Shown here one piece after another: positions 15,547 to 27,500 of a stretch of DNA of 59,421 bases (positions are counted from its first letter, which is position 1; the number at the start of each line of letters is the position of its first letter). Source of the stretch: an uncultured Clostridia bacterium (GTDB taxonomy: Bacteria > Bacillota > Clostridia > Christensenellales > Borkfalkiaceae). The translations under genes and the position numbers were made by a program. The notes beneath the pieces were generated by a model. That model was not told where the DNA came from. It did no database searches and was given only the letters and a program-made list of their open reading frames with translations. Where the stretch lies: positions 1 through 59,421 of the forward strand of contig CAMOXE010000097.1 of assembly GCA_946628865.1 (NCBI GenBank), read 5' to 3'.

Positions 15547-18500
15547 TCGGTAAAAGGAAGATATTAAAACCCATAACGCTGATAACGGCGATAGCGCTGG
15601 CGATAGGCTGTCTGTTTGCGTTCTTGCCGAATAAAGACAACGCCCGCGCTCTCGAAAACCCGACGTGGGTCAATGATAACGAGGTCGGCATATCGTTCAA
15701 CGAAACAAAACTCGACACAACCTATAATACGTCTGCCAACGAGGACACCGTCACGGTAATAATCGCGTGCGGTGTTCCGTCTACGGTCAAAATGAACGAG
15801 GTAAAAGTAAAGATTCGTACCCGTAACGCGACTGCGGTTGCAGGCGTCGACTATACGGCTTTTGACGGAGTGGTATCGCTGAGAAGGTCGAATTCGTGGA
15901 ACGGCGTTTGTTTCGACACTATTTCGATAAAGGTAAACAAAAACGTCGAGAGATTCGTCGTGGACGGCGTAAAGCCGTATTTTGAAATAGAACTTTACGA
16001 GGTGCTTACCGCGGGTTTCAAGATAAAAAGCGCCGCCAAACTTCTTGTCGTGAACCTCACTTCCGTGGCGGATAAGTTACATACTTATTTAACGAACAAC
16101 GAGTTGGGGCATAGGATACTCGGCGAGTACGCCGGTTTCACTTACGGCAATTACGACGGGCTTAAAATTTATCACGAAAACAAGAGCGGGCAGACGCTTA
16201 ACGCGTCTCAAACCTTTAAGGACAAGGACGGCGGAATTATAGGCAGGGACTATCTGGATACGGGTTTTGCGAACCTTTATGCAGGCGGGTATTGCAAACT
16301 CGACGAAAGCGGCGTTACGATGCCGTCCTGGTGTACGCTCAAACTGTACGACGGCAACACTTCGGGTACTCAGGTATATACCGTAAGACTGAGACATATC
16401 GACTACGACGCGCTTTATTTCGGGCAAAGTTACGGCGATATGTTGCACGAGGATGAGGCTTTTGCGACCGACTACGTTTTCAAATCCAAAGGCAACCTCA
16501 ACTGGGGCGATTATTACTATATGAACTTCCAGTCGAGGACGATTTACGAAACGTTCAAGAGCGATTCTAACTGGTACCGTGAAACCTACGATTGGAATTT
16601 GTATTGGATACCGGTAGACGAAAGTCAGCCGAAGATAAAGGGCTGGTACGTCGATCAATCCACCGTCAGAAAAGGCGATAAGATCCGTATCTCCGTCCGT
16701 TTCAACGAGCCGATCAACGTGGCGGCTACGGACGTTCCGAACATAAGGCTCAGAACCAAACTTTCGGGTGCCGGCGGATTCAACAATTACTCCGCGACGT
16801 TTACTTGCGTTTCTAAGGTTCAGACTCAGGGGCATTGCTCGGATACGCTTGTATTCGAGTTCGATCCGTCCAAGGCGCTCGACGCCTACGGCGACCCGCT
16901 CATCGGAACCATAAACAATATCGAAGTGGAAGGCTTTGACAATATCGACAAGGTCCGCGACTACGGCAGAAACAGAGAGGACGAGAACAACCGTTGTAAA
17001 TCTTATGCCACGCTCAGCGCGCTCGAGGCGGACAAATGCGCGCCGAGGCAAGTAAAGAGCAGTCTTACCTTATCTTTCGATAACCGCAGTCCCGTGGTTG
17101 AGGATTCGGAAGATATTCCGAGCGAATACGTCTCCTCTTTCAAGACTCAGGTCACCGCGTCCGGGACGAGTAATATGGAGGGGCTGTACTACCTTTGGTC
17201 TACCGCGCCCGACCTTAACTACGCGAGAATAGTCGACCCGAAAGCCGCCGACCTCGAAGATTATTACGAATTGGACGGCGCGGAATTCCGCAAAACGACG
17301 GATACTGCGATCGACATAGAAAAAGATTATTTCGTCAAGAAAGAAGGGGATGAAGCGATAAATCTTGCGAGGGTATACGAACTCGAGAGGAATTACAGAG
17401 CGTTTAAACCCGACGAATATCTCTATCCGCTGATGTGGTATCGATACTTAACGCCGTATCAGATAGGTTATTCGGCGAACGGCGTTATCGAAACCGAATT
17501 GCAACGCACTTCCGGGACGTATTATCTTTACGTCTTTGCAAAGTCCACTTATTCAGACGAAAACAGTACCATGCGGCGTTTCGGACCCGTTCGCGTGGAC
17601 GCCGCTCCGCCGGAACTCGACGAAATGACGATAGACGGCACCGTTCAAGAAAAAAACGTGTCCGCAAAAATCAAAGATCTGTCCGGGGTCAAAACCGTTG
17701 TTTTATACCTCAGCGAAAAATATTTGGAGTGCGGAAACCCCGATAAGGTCCTTACCGTTTTAGAGCGCAACGCCGACGGAACGTTCTCCGACCCCAACGA
17801 CTTCGGCGTTCAGTTTACAGACGGCGTTCTGACGTTTAAAATTTACGCGGATACTCACGTCGGACTTAAAGACGCGGAGGGCGAGAAATCTTTCGGAGAT
17901 TATTACGTCGGCTTGACGGCAACCGACGTCGTGGGCAACGTTTCCGAGATGCTCGCGTCCGAAACCTCTGAAACTTTCGACATGCGCGCCGTATTCGCTC
18001 CGACGGTAAAGATCGGCGGCGAGACCGTAACCGACGATACCGCCGACCGCAATGTCATCTTCGACAAGACGACGTTCTACGCAGAAAACGCATACGTCGT
18101 GGATATATCTTCGGGTCCGGTAAAGATAGTTATCGGTCACCCGGGAAAGAGCGACCCAACAGGTGGCTACCGCTTGGATAAAGCGTATAAAATCGAGCAA
18201 AACACGCGTATCGGGCTAAGACCGTACGACGACAACTCGATAGGTCAGAACGAGATAAAATACTTCACCGATTATCTTGTAGACGACAAGAACGGAAACG
18301 ACGCGGAGATCTCTTTCTTCGCGACGACGGTCGGCTTTTACGAGTTTACGACGATCGCAACTTTAGGCGACGATACGTCCTATTCCAAAACCCAGCGTTT
18401 TTACGTTACCGACGGCAACCAAAACAGCGAAGTCGGCAATTACGGCAAGATATTCGGCGTCGGCGTAAACCTTAAAAACGAGGTGTTTGCGCTGGGCAGC

Positions 18501-21500
18501 GCGAGGTTTTATTCGCGTACCGGTCCGGGCATGGGCTCGTCGGTCAGCGCGTATTACAACGATTCTGTCGAGACGTTGGCGTTTTCAAGCCGCGATAAAG
18601 CCGCCGATTACGTCCGCACGATGGAATACAAAGACCTTTACGCCGTCAGACTTACCGAAGCCGACGTTACCGCGTTCAGCAACGGCGTTCTGAGCGTCGA
18701 GAGAGAGGAGAGCAGGAAACCCGCCAAGGGCGACGTGTGGATACGTTATAAATCCACGACCTGGAATTTCTCCACGGCGCAGCGCGATTGGGCGTATTAT
18801 TATCTGGGCGGAGCGGATAAGTCCGTGAAGTTGGACGTAAACGCGCTGCCGCCGAGGCTCGTGTCCGTCATAGACAAAGTAGTCAGTATAATTATCGGAA
18901 ACGGCTCGGTCATGTACCTCAACTCTATGAACGGAACCAACGAGGGCGGAGCGTTATATCTCGACCCCGCGCGCGTGCCGCAGGCGTTTACCGCGGATAA
19001 GTCCTACGACGGTACTACCGAATTGACTTACGGCGGCGACGGTGAAAATCCGCTTATATATACTTTTGACAGCGATATTTTCTACGACAAATACAACGAC
19101 CGCGACGACGCCACGTTGATATCTTCGTATACGTTTGAATATATCAACACGACAAAGTTATATTACGCGCCCGCTCAATTCGACGAGGAAGGCAAGGTCG
19201 TGTTGACTATGGACGCGTATAAAAACGAGTTCAAACTGCTCGCGACGCCGTATCTGACGCAATCCGCGACCGAGTCCGGGGTTTACGTTATACGCGAACT
19301 CGACGAAAACGGACTGCGCGACTACGCGGTTTACGTCGATAAAGACACGCCGTCGATACTCACGCAGTACAAAGACCTTAACGGAGAAAACCACAACAAC
19401 GTCTGGTGGAACCAAGACAGCGAAGGCGAGATCCTGCATACTACGCAGTTCAACATACAATTCATCGAGGACAAGAAGTTTTCGTCCGGCCTCTCTTACG
19501 ACGATTACCACGAGAACGGCGTTGACGCGGATACTTTCTCTTACGTCGCGGTGTTTAACATAACGAGCGGCGAAAAAGTGCTTGAGGACGAATTCTCGCT
19601 CAAGGATTTGGCGGCTGAAAGCAAGAGTTACGATCTTCCTTACGGAATATTCCTGTTAGAGATATACGACCGCGCCGGCAACTGCTTTACGATGACGGTT
19701 TCGAGGGCGGAAAAGCCGCTCGATACGCGCATAGAAGTAACCGAAAACGACAACGTTACCTATATTATTCCCGACCGCTTGCCGAGCGAGATAGACAGCG
19801 TTTACGTCTCTCGTCCCGGAAGGGCGGCGGAACTCGTCGATTTTGCCGAAGAGGCGGTAACCTTTACCGACGACTACGGCAAAACGCATTACGGACTCGT
19901 CTATACCGACGCGGGCAGATACGAATTTACCGTTACCGACAAATACGGCTATACTATTTCCCCCGCGAACGATCCGGACGTAGGTAAGGGACATTCGCTT
20001 GCGACGCTGACGCGCGTAAACCCTTACGAAACCGTAAAATGGGTAACGCGGACGGACGACGGAAAATTCGTCGACCTCGACGAAAATGACGTCAACTTGT
20101 TCCGCACGGACAATTACTATATAACGAGCGACGATAAACTTTCGTTCGTGCTTGACTCCACCACCGTTTACTCTTACGCCTTTACGGGCAACGTGAAAGC
20201 CACGCCGATCCAAAGGACGATAAACGGCAAGACGTATATCTACGTCAACGTGGATTCGAGCGAACGCTGGTCGGTAAAGATATATTACACTCTCTATCCG
20301 GATATTTGCGTTACTTATAACAGAATAGCGAAGAAATCCGTAGTTCCCGCGGCGATAAATTTAAGGGCGTCCGATAAGGACAGCAAGGGCGTCGCGCAGG
20401 CGGATCTGACTAACAGAATAGTGGTTTACGTCGGCACTCAGGACGAGATAATAGAGCCGATAACCGTAACTCTTCGCACGCGTGACAGAAGCGCGATCGC
20501 GGCGCTCGGCGACTACGACGCATTCGAGAGCGAAGTCACGCTGACGCCTTCCGTAAAAGAACAGATGGTGGTTATACAGACGCACCCGTCGGGGTTCTCG
20601 ACGTATAACAGCGTTACTTACGAATACGGCAACAGGACGTTCGATCTGTTTATCGACTCAATCGAAGGCAACGGCGAAAAGGGTAAGGCGACGTTAGAGT
20701 GCGCGTGTCCCGGCTCGCAGGAACTGAATATAACCGTCAAAGACGGCTTGCAAGTGTTCGACGAGTATTTAAAAGGCGCGAAATTCGGACTTCCGAACGT
20801 CGCATTCGAGAGGCTTTATTCAAACACGCAGACGAACAGATACCAGGAAAAAACCGCCGACTTTTCGATAAACCCGACCTGGATGTCCACGTTCGTGAAC
20901 ACGGGCATAGCCGACGTGTACGTCGGCGCTAAGTTGTCGCTTTCCGCGAGCGATATTTCCGAATACAAGCCGCTCAGGTTGACGCTGAGCGAAACTTCGA
21001 GCAATTCGCAACTTTTCAGAGTATATATAAACGAAATAGAAGAAAACAAGAACGTCGTTTTCGGGTCGAGTTACGACGGCGGGTTAAAGGTAACCGACGA
21101 AACTTACGATAAAGACAGATCCATAGTTTTATCCGAAATGCGCGGCGTCGCCTCGGCGGGAAGATATTTCCTTATGCCGAACGGCGCGAAGGGCAATTTC
21201 AGATTTAACGTTTACGAAGAAGAGGGAATGTATATAACGTACGTTTCCGCGGGTCAAGGCGGCTCGTACCCGGTTTACAACTACGTCGTCCCGGCGAGAA
21301 ACGTAAACGACGCGGTCGCTTCGGGACTGTTGATAGACTCCAAAGCGCCTACGGTTGAGAGTTGGCATATCGACCACAACACCATCCGCGTCGGCGAAAA
21401 TCTGCGCCTATCTCTTCGTTTCTCCGAGCCGGTGTATATTTCGGGCAAAGCGCCCGTCATCACGGCGAACGTTGCGAGCGCGCTCACGAGCATAGACTTC

Positions 21501-24500
21501 ACCTACGCCGGCGGCGCGGGAACGGATACTCTTTATTTCGAGTTCGACCCGTCCGCATACGGCGGCGAAGTCAACGCGGATGCCATTTCTCTCGTTTCTG
21601 TGACGAATTTCGGCTCGATTTGCGACTACGGCTACAACGCGTCTAAGCGCAATAACTATGCCGTAACCCCGACTCTCCCGAAAAACACCGAATGGGATCC
21701 GTCGTGTTCGCTCGATACGCGTCTCCCGGTAATCGACCTCGACGTAAATTACCTCATACCCTCTACGCCGCAGAGAACGGCTTCGGTGCCGATCGCCATA
21801 AGCAAGACCACCGCAGGCGCAAAAATGGAGTATGCCTGGACTATCGAGTCGGCTGCACCCGCGGCTTACGAAAAGTCGCTTACGCTTACCGGTTCGCAAC
21901 AAAAGGTGAATATCGAGGCAAAGGACCTGTCCGGAACGTACTACCTGCACGTCTATATGAAGAGCGTGTACGGAAAGGTCTCCACGAAAACTTTCGGACC
22001 GTTCCTGTTCGACAACACGCCGCCGAGCGTAACCAACCTTATGGTCGAAGAGGCGACGAAAGGACTGAGAGAGCGCAACGTCGTGTTCTACGTCGGCGAC
22101 GAGCCTTACGGCTCCGCGTCCGCGGGCGTCGCGCAGATATACGTTTACTATTCGTTCAAAGGCGGCGAACCGCAGACGAAACTCCTCTACGACAGAAACC
22201 AGGACGAAAAGAAGAATTTAGTCAAAATACCCGAGAATAACCGAGTGACGTTGCTACTGAGTTATGAGGATTTGGGAATAAAAAAGGAAGAACAAAAGGA
22301 CGTAACGCTTGCGTTTTACGCCGTAGACGGGCTTGGCAACGTGGTTAATATGTCCGGCTACACGTTCTGTCCGACCACCGTCAATTTCGACGCGAGATCC
22401 GAAGTCGAAGTCGCGATGACTTGTTCCAAGTCGGAGTTTTTCAACGCCGACGGCACGCCCGTTTACAACGTGCGCGACGGATACCCGAGATTCGACTTCG
22501 CGTTTTCAAGGCAAGCCGACGAATACGATATAAGGGAATTGTATATCAACGGCAATAAAATAGCCGAAGATAAATACGCCGACTATGCGGATTATTATTC
22601 GGACGCTTTCGGCGTGCATATAACCTTTAAAAACACCGTATTCGGCTTTATTCGCGTCAACTTCAAAGCGATCACGGGCTTAAAAGACAACCAGACCGTT
22701 CAAGAGTCCTCTGACGTAACGCTGTACCTTACTTCGGGATCGGACGCCGCCCAGACCGCGAATTACAAAAACACTCAGAGCGGTACTCTGCTTATAAACA
22801 AGGTCTATATGCTCGACACGTCGGTGTACTATTATCATAACGGCGAGGGCGTTCGTCAACTCAACTACAACGACACGACGAGGCTTATGGCGTTTTCATC
22901 CCGCGACAAGGCGGTTGAATTCGTCAGATATTACGAGATGCAAGACCTCGGCGTCTTAAACGTAACCAGCGCGTCCGTGGCGTCGTCGCTCAACACCGGC
23001 GACGGAACTTACCGTAAAGCCTCCGCCGACCCCTCGGTAATGGCGTCGGTAGGACAGGTCTGGCTACGCTATAAACGCGCGACGTGGGACAACGCGACCA
23101 CTCCCGAGGCGTGGGTGTATTATTATTACGGCACCACTTCGGAGATAGACCCCGAACGTCTGCCGTCGTCGCTGTCGGCGGCGATCGCGCAGGTTACCGA
23201 CACCATAGTCGATCGCGGCGGCTACGTCTACCTGACCGGCGGAAACGACGGTTTAGATAAAAACGGTTCGCCGTATCTTCACGAATCGCAGATAGCGCTC
23301 GAGCGGCTCACGTCGTTTATAACCAAGACCGGCGCGGACATGCGCAGCGCCGTAAACTATTCCGGAGACCCGGGAATTTACGACAGTCAGATCGTAACCT
23401 CGGCGGGCGAGACGTGTTCTTTGGTAACGACGTATCAGTTCGAGTACGGAGAATACACGAAGATCTTCTATACCAACCAAACCGACGCGGACGGGAATCC
23501 CATCGTAAAGGAATTCAAACTGCTCCCCGCCGGCACGGTATTCGGAAGCCTGAATATAGACGGCGGAGTGTATTGGCTAAGAGAATGCGACGAAAGCGGC
23601 ATGCGCGACTATAAGGTATTCTTAGACAAGACCGCGCCCACCGTCAACGTTTCGTATGAAAACGCGAGGGGCGATACCGTTACCCGCGAACTCGATTCTT
23701 CCATCGACGGAACGACGGTAAACGGCAAGACCCTCAGAGTAACCGGGTTCAGCACCACCGCGACGGAATTGGATTCCATGGCGTATATAGCGGTATTCAA
23801 GAAAAACGGCGTACTCGTAAACGTATATCGTCAAGAGGATATTCCGCGCACGGGCGTAGAGATTTCGGACGGACAATACTTCCTTGAAATTTCCGACCGT
23901 TCGGGCAACGTGTACAGGGTAAACGTATCGATGAACTCCACGCCGATGACAGTCAAAGTCAACGTGGAAGAAAACCGCCGTATACAGATAACCTGCAACA
24001 GAGACGCGACCGAGATAAAGAATTTCGAGATATATCTCGACGGAAAACTTATCGAATCCAACTATTCGAGCAACCTTACCTATTATCAGGCGGGCGTATA
24101 TTCCATCCGTATCGAGGACTGGTTCGGCAACACCTTTACCTACGACTACGAATTAAAGCGCGAACTTCCCAAAATCAATTGGAACTACGTCGAAAACGAA
24201 GAATATTTCGCATACGACGGCACGCAGTCCTGCCTGAGAATAAGCAAAACGGGCGAGCGCGAGTACCAAATAGTCACCAACAAGGCGCTGATGTTTACGT
24301 TCGACACTCAGGCGGGATACGAGTACGAATTCGACGACAAGTCGCTCGCTTATACCGTCAAAGAGTTCAGCGGCTTAACCCGCGTTCGCATAAACGACGC
24401 CGTGGACTGGACGCTTACGGTACGTTATGCGCGCTATCCCGAAATATACGTCGTATATAACTGCGTGACGGACATGGCTGCGCCGATCATCAACGTAACC

Positions 24501-27500
24501 GCGCGTCAGGACGTCATAAAATACTTCGATATGCAGCAACTCGAAGAGTTGAACGGGACTTTGGGTCCCGATTTGGAACACTACGCTGAGTTCTTCACCC
24601 CCGACAATATATACTTCGAGGTGAGCAAGACCGTTCCCAAAGCCGTTCGCGAGAACTCCACGGTATTTTCCCCGCTTATAACTTTGCAGTTTACCGATAA
24701 ATCCATCTGTAACCACGTCGAAGTCTACTTAGACGGAGTTATGATCCGCGAATTTACCGAAAACGAGGGCGTAAGCAACGTAACCGTAACGCGTTTCGGC
24801 GAATACCGCATAGTGGCGAGGGACGCTTTGGGCAACGAAAGCGAGTTCTGCTTTATCAACGACAAGTCCGACGGCGCGGAGTTTTACGCCGACGGCAAAG
24901 AACTTGCGCCGAAAATATCCCCTGCGGAGTCCATCGTCTTTGAAAACGACGAGTATTCGTATCCGTCCGACGCCTACGCGTACGAAAGCCTTGAAATGGC
25001 TTACGACAGCGGCGCGACGATAGCGATAGCGGTCGAGAAAAACGGCGAGAAGAAGTATTTGCGTTTCGAGAGCATAAACGGCGCTTTATACCAAGTCGCA
25101 TATATGCTTATGCCGCTTACGGACGAACAGGGCAACCCCGTTTACGACGGCAACGGCGACGAAGTCTATTCGTACAGACAGATATACGCCGCCACGATTA
25201 TTTCCGACGTCGCTACGGCGGAAAAAGACAAGACCTACGTCTTGGCGACCGCGCAAGAGGCGGGCGTAGACGTTTACGTCCGTTTCGACGAAGAAGAGCG
25301 TATGTATTACCGCATAGACGCGCCGAAGGACGGCGAGGCGATCGTCGAACTGAGAGTTACTTACAACGAAGAATATCAGCCGTATTTCCTCAAGGCGGTG
25401 ATGTGCGGAAAACTTCCGGAGATCGCGCTGGAAAAGGTCGACGACGGCGAGCGAGTAACGCCCGCGTCCACCGACGAAAAGATTTATTTAAGCGGCGGAT
25501 TCTTTATCGCCGAAACTGCTTTCGACGGCATTACCGAAATCACTGCGGCGTATTCTGAAACCACGGAGTTCGGCGAATATCAGACCGTCTACACCCCGAG
25601 CGACGGCTACGTCAAAATCGTATTCGAGAGCGAAGGTTTCTATTCGATAAAGGTCAAGAACATATACGGGCGCGTCGCCGAATTTACCGTAATCATGGCA
25701 AACGAACTCAGAGTCGTCGTTACCGCGGAGTACGACGACGGCGAGGCGAATCAGTTCTTGGCGTCAAACGGTCAGAGTTTCAAAGCCAACGAGAGCGTTA
25801 CGGTCGACGTGTATTTCGAGCGCATAACTTACGTCTTGACGTATAACGGCGTCGAGCAGACCCCGGTACAACTTTACGATCCGAACGGAACGTGTTCCGT
25901 CAAATGGAAAGACGCGGGCGTATACGCGCTTAAACTCACGGACGGGTTCGGAAACGAAGTCGACGTATCGTTTGAAATAAAAGACCAACCTTTCGCGTTC
26001 AAACAAGACTATTTAATCGGATATAACGAAAAGGCGCTCAGAAAAGACGAGGGCTATACCAACAATAAACTTTCCGTAAACGCGGACAGGATGATCGACG
26101 ACGGCATATATGAAGTCAAGATAATATACGGCGAGGAAGAATACGTCGTGTTCGACGTCCTTAAGACCAACGGCGTGCCGCTTTCCGAGGACAGGTTAAA
26201 CGGCGTAATCGGCAGATTCGGCGACGGAGAATACGTTCTCAAGATGCGCAGCGCCTACGGCAACGTAACCGAAACCGTCTTGCATTACCGCGAAACGGAT
26301 ACCCTTTCGGTAAGTCGGACGATAAGGACTTCGAGAGAGAGCGAGCCTATAGGCATTGCTTACGGCGAAGTGAATAAGATTTATTCCAATTACAGCGTGA
26401 CGTTTGAAACGGTTGCCGGCAGATACGAGATACGGATAGACGGCAACAGGGCGGATATGCCGCTCGTCGTCGCGTACCCGACCGACGGCGAAGAGGCTGG
26501 CGAATACGTCAAGACGGTTACCTATATAGACGAGTACGGTTTCGAGTACGAATTCGAGGTAAACCTCGTCCGCAAGATACTTGAGATAAAATTGTCCGAC
26601 TATATGGACGTATTTACGGTCAACGAGCAGACGGTAACGAAGGGCGACGTCAAAATCGAATTCGATTCCGCCGTAAGTTGCGAGGTTTCGCGCTCGGGCG
26701 GGGAGAGAGTTCCGTATACTTCGGGCGAAGTCCTTACCGCAGACGGCGTATACCGTTTCTATATAACCGACGTAGCGGGCAACGTGTTTACCGCGATGGT
26801 CAAAAAAGACACGCTCGTCGAGTTCACGTTTATAAACGCAGCCACGGACAGGGCGATTGAAAACGGCGGAGTCATCACCGAAGGCAGCGCGAGGTTTACG
26901 CCCGTAAACAGCGATTCGGCGCATATCGACCTTGCGGTCTTAAACGGCGAAGAATACGTTTCTTCGACGAGTACGGCTTTCAACGAAACGGGTAAATGGG
27001 AGTTCATCGTATCCGACGATCTGGGCAACCGCGCGTACTATTATTTCTACGTCGTGGAGCATTCGCTCGCGAGATTCGAGTACGAATCGCCATACGCATA
27101 CAAAATTTCGAGCGTTCAATACGACGGCGGAGACGGAGTTCTCGTTTCTTATAACAGCAGCGTTATCCAGAACGCGCTTAACTCAAGGATGATATTCTCC
27201 GAGTCGGGGACGTATTTCGTAACGGTAGAGTCCTTGGCGTCCGCGGCGCAGTTCGGGTTCAACGTAGCGATAGACAGAACTCCGCCGACGGCAAAACTCG
27301 TCGGCGCGGAAAACGGCGGCTCGACCACGAAGAACGTCACGCTCGCGAATTGCAAGAGCGGAGAGAAGATCGAGATATACAAAAACGGCGATCTTATCCA
27401 GACCACGGCGGTTACGTCGGACACTATGAGAATGCCCGAAATAAAAGAAGAGGGCGAGTACAGAATAGTCGTATCCAACGCCGCGGGGAACAGTCAGGTA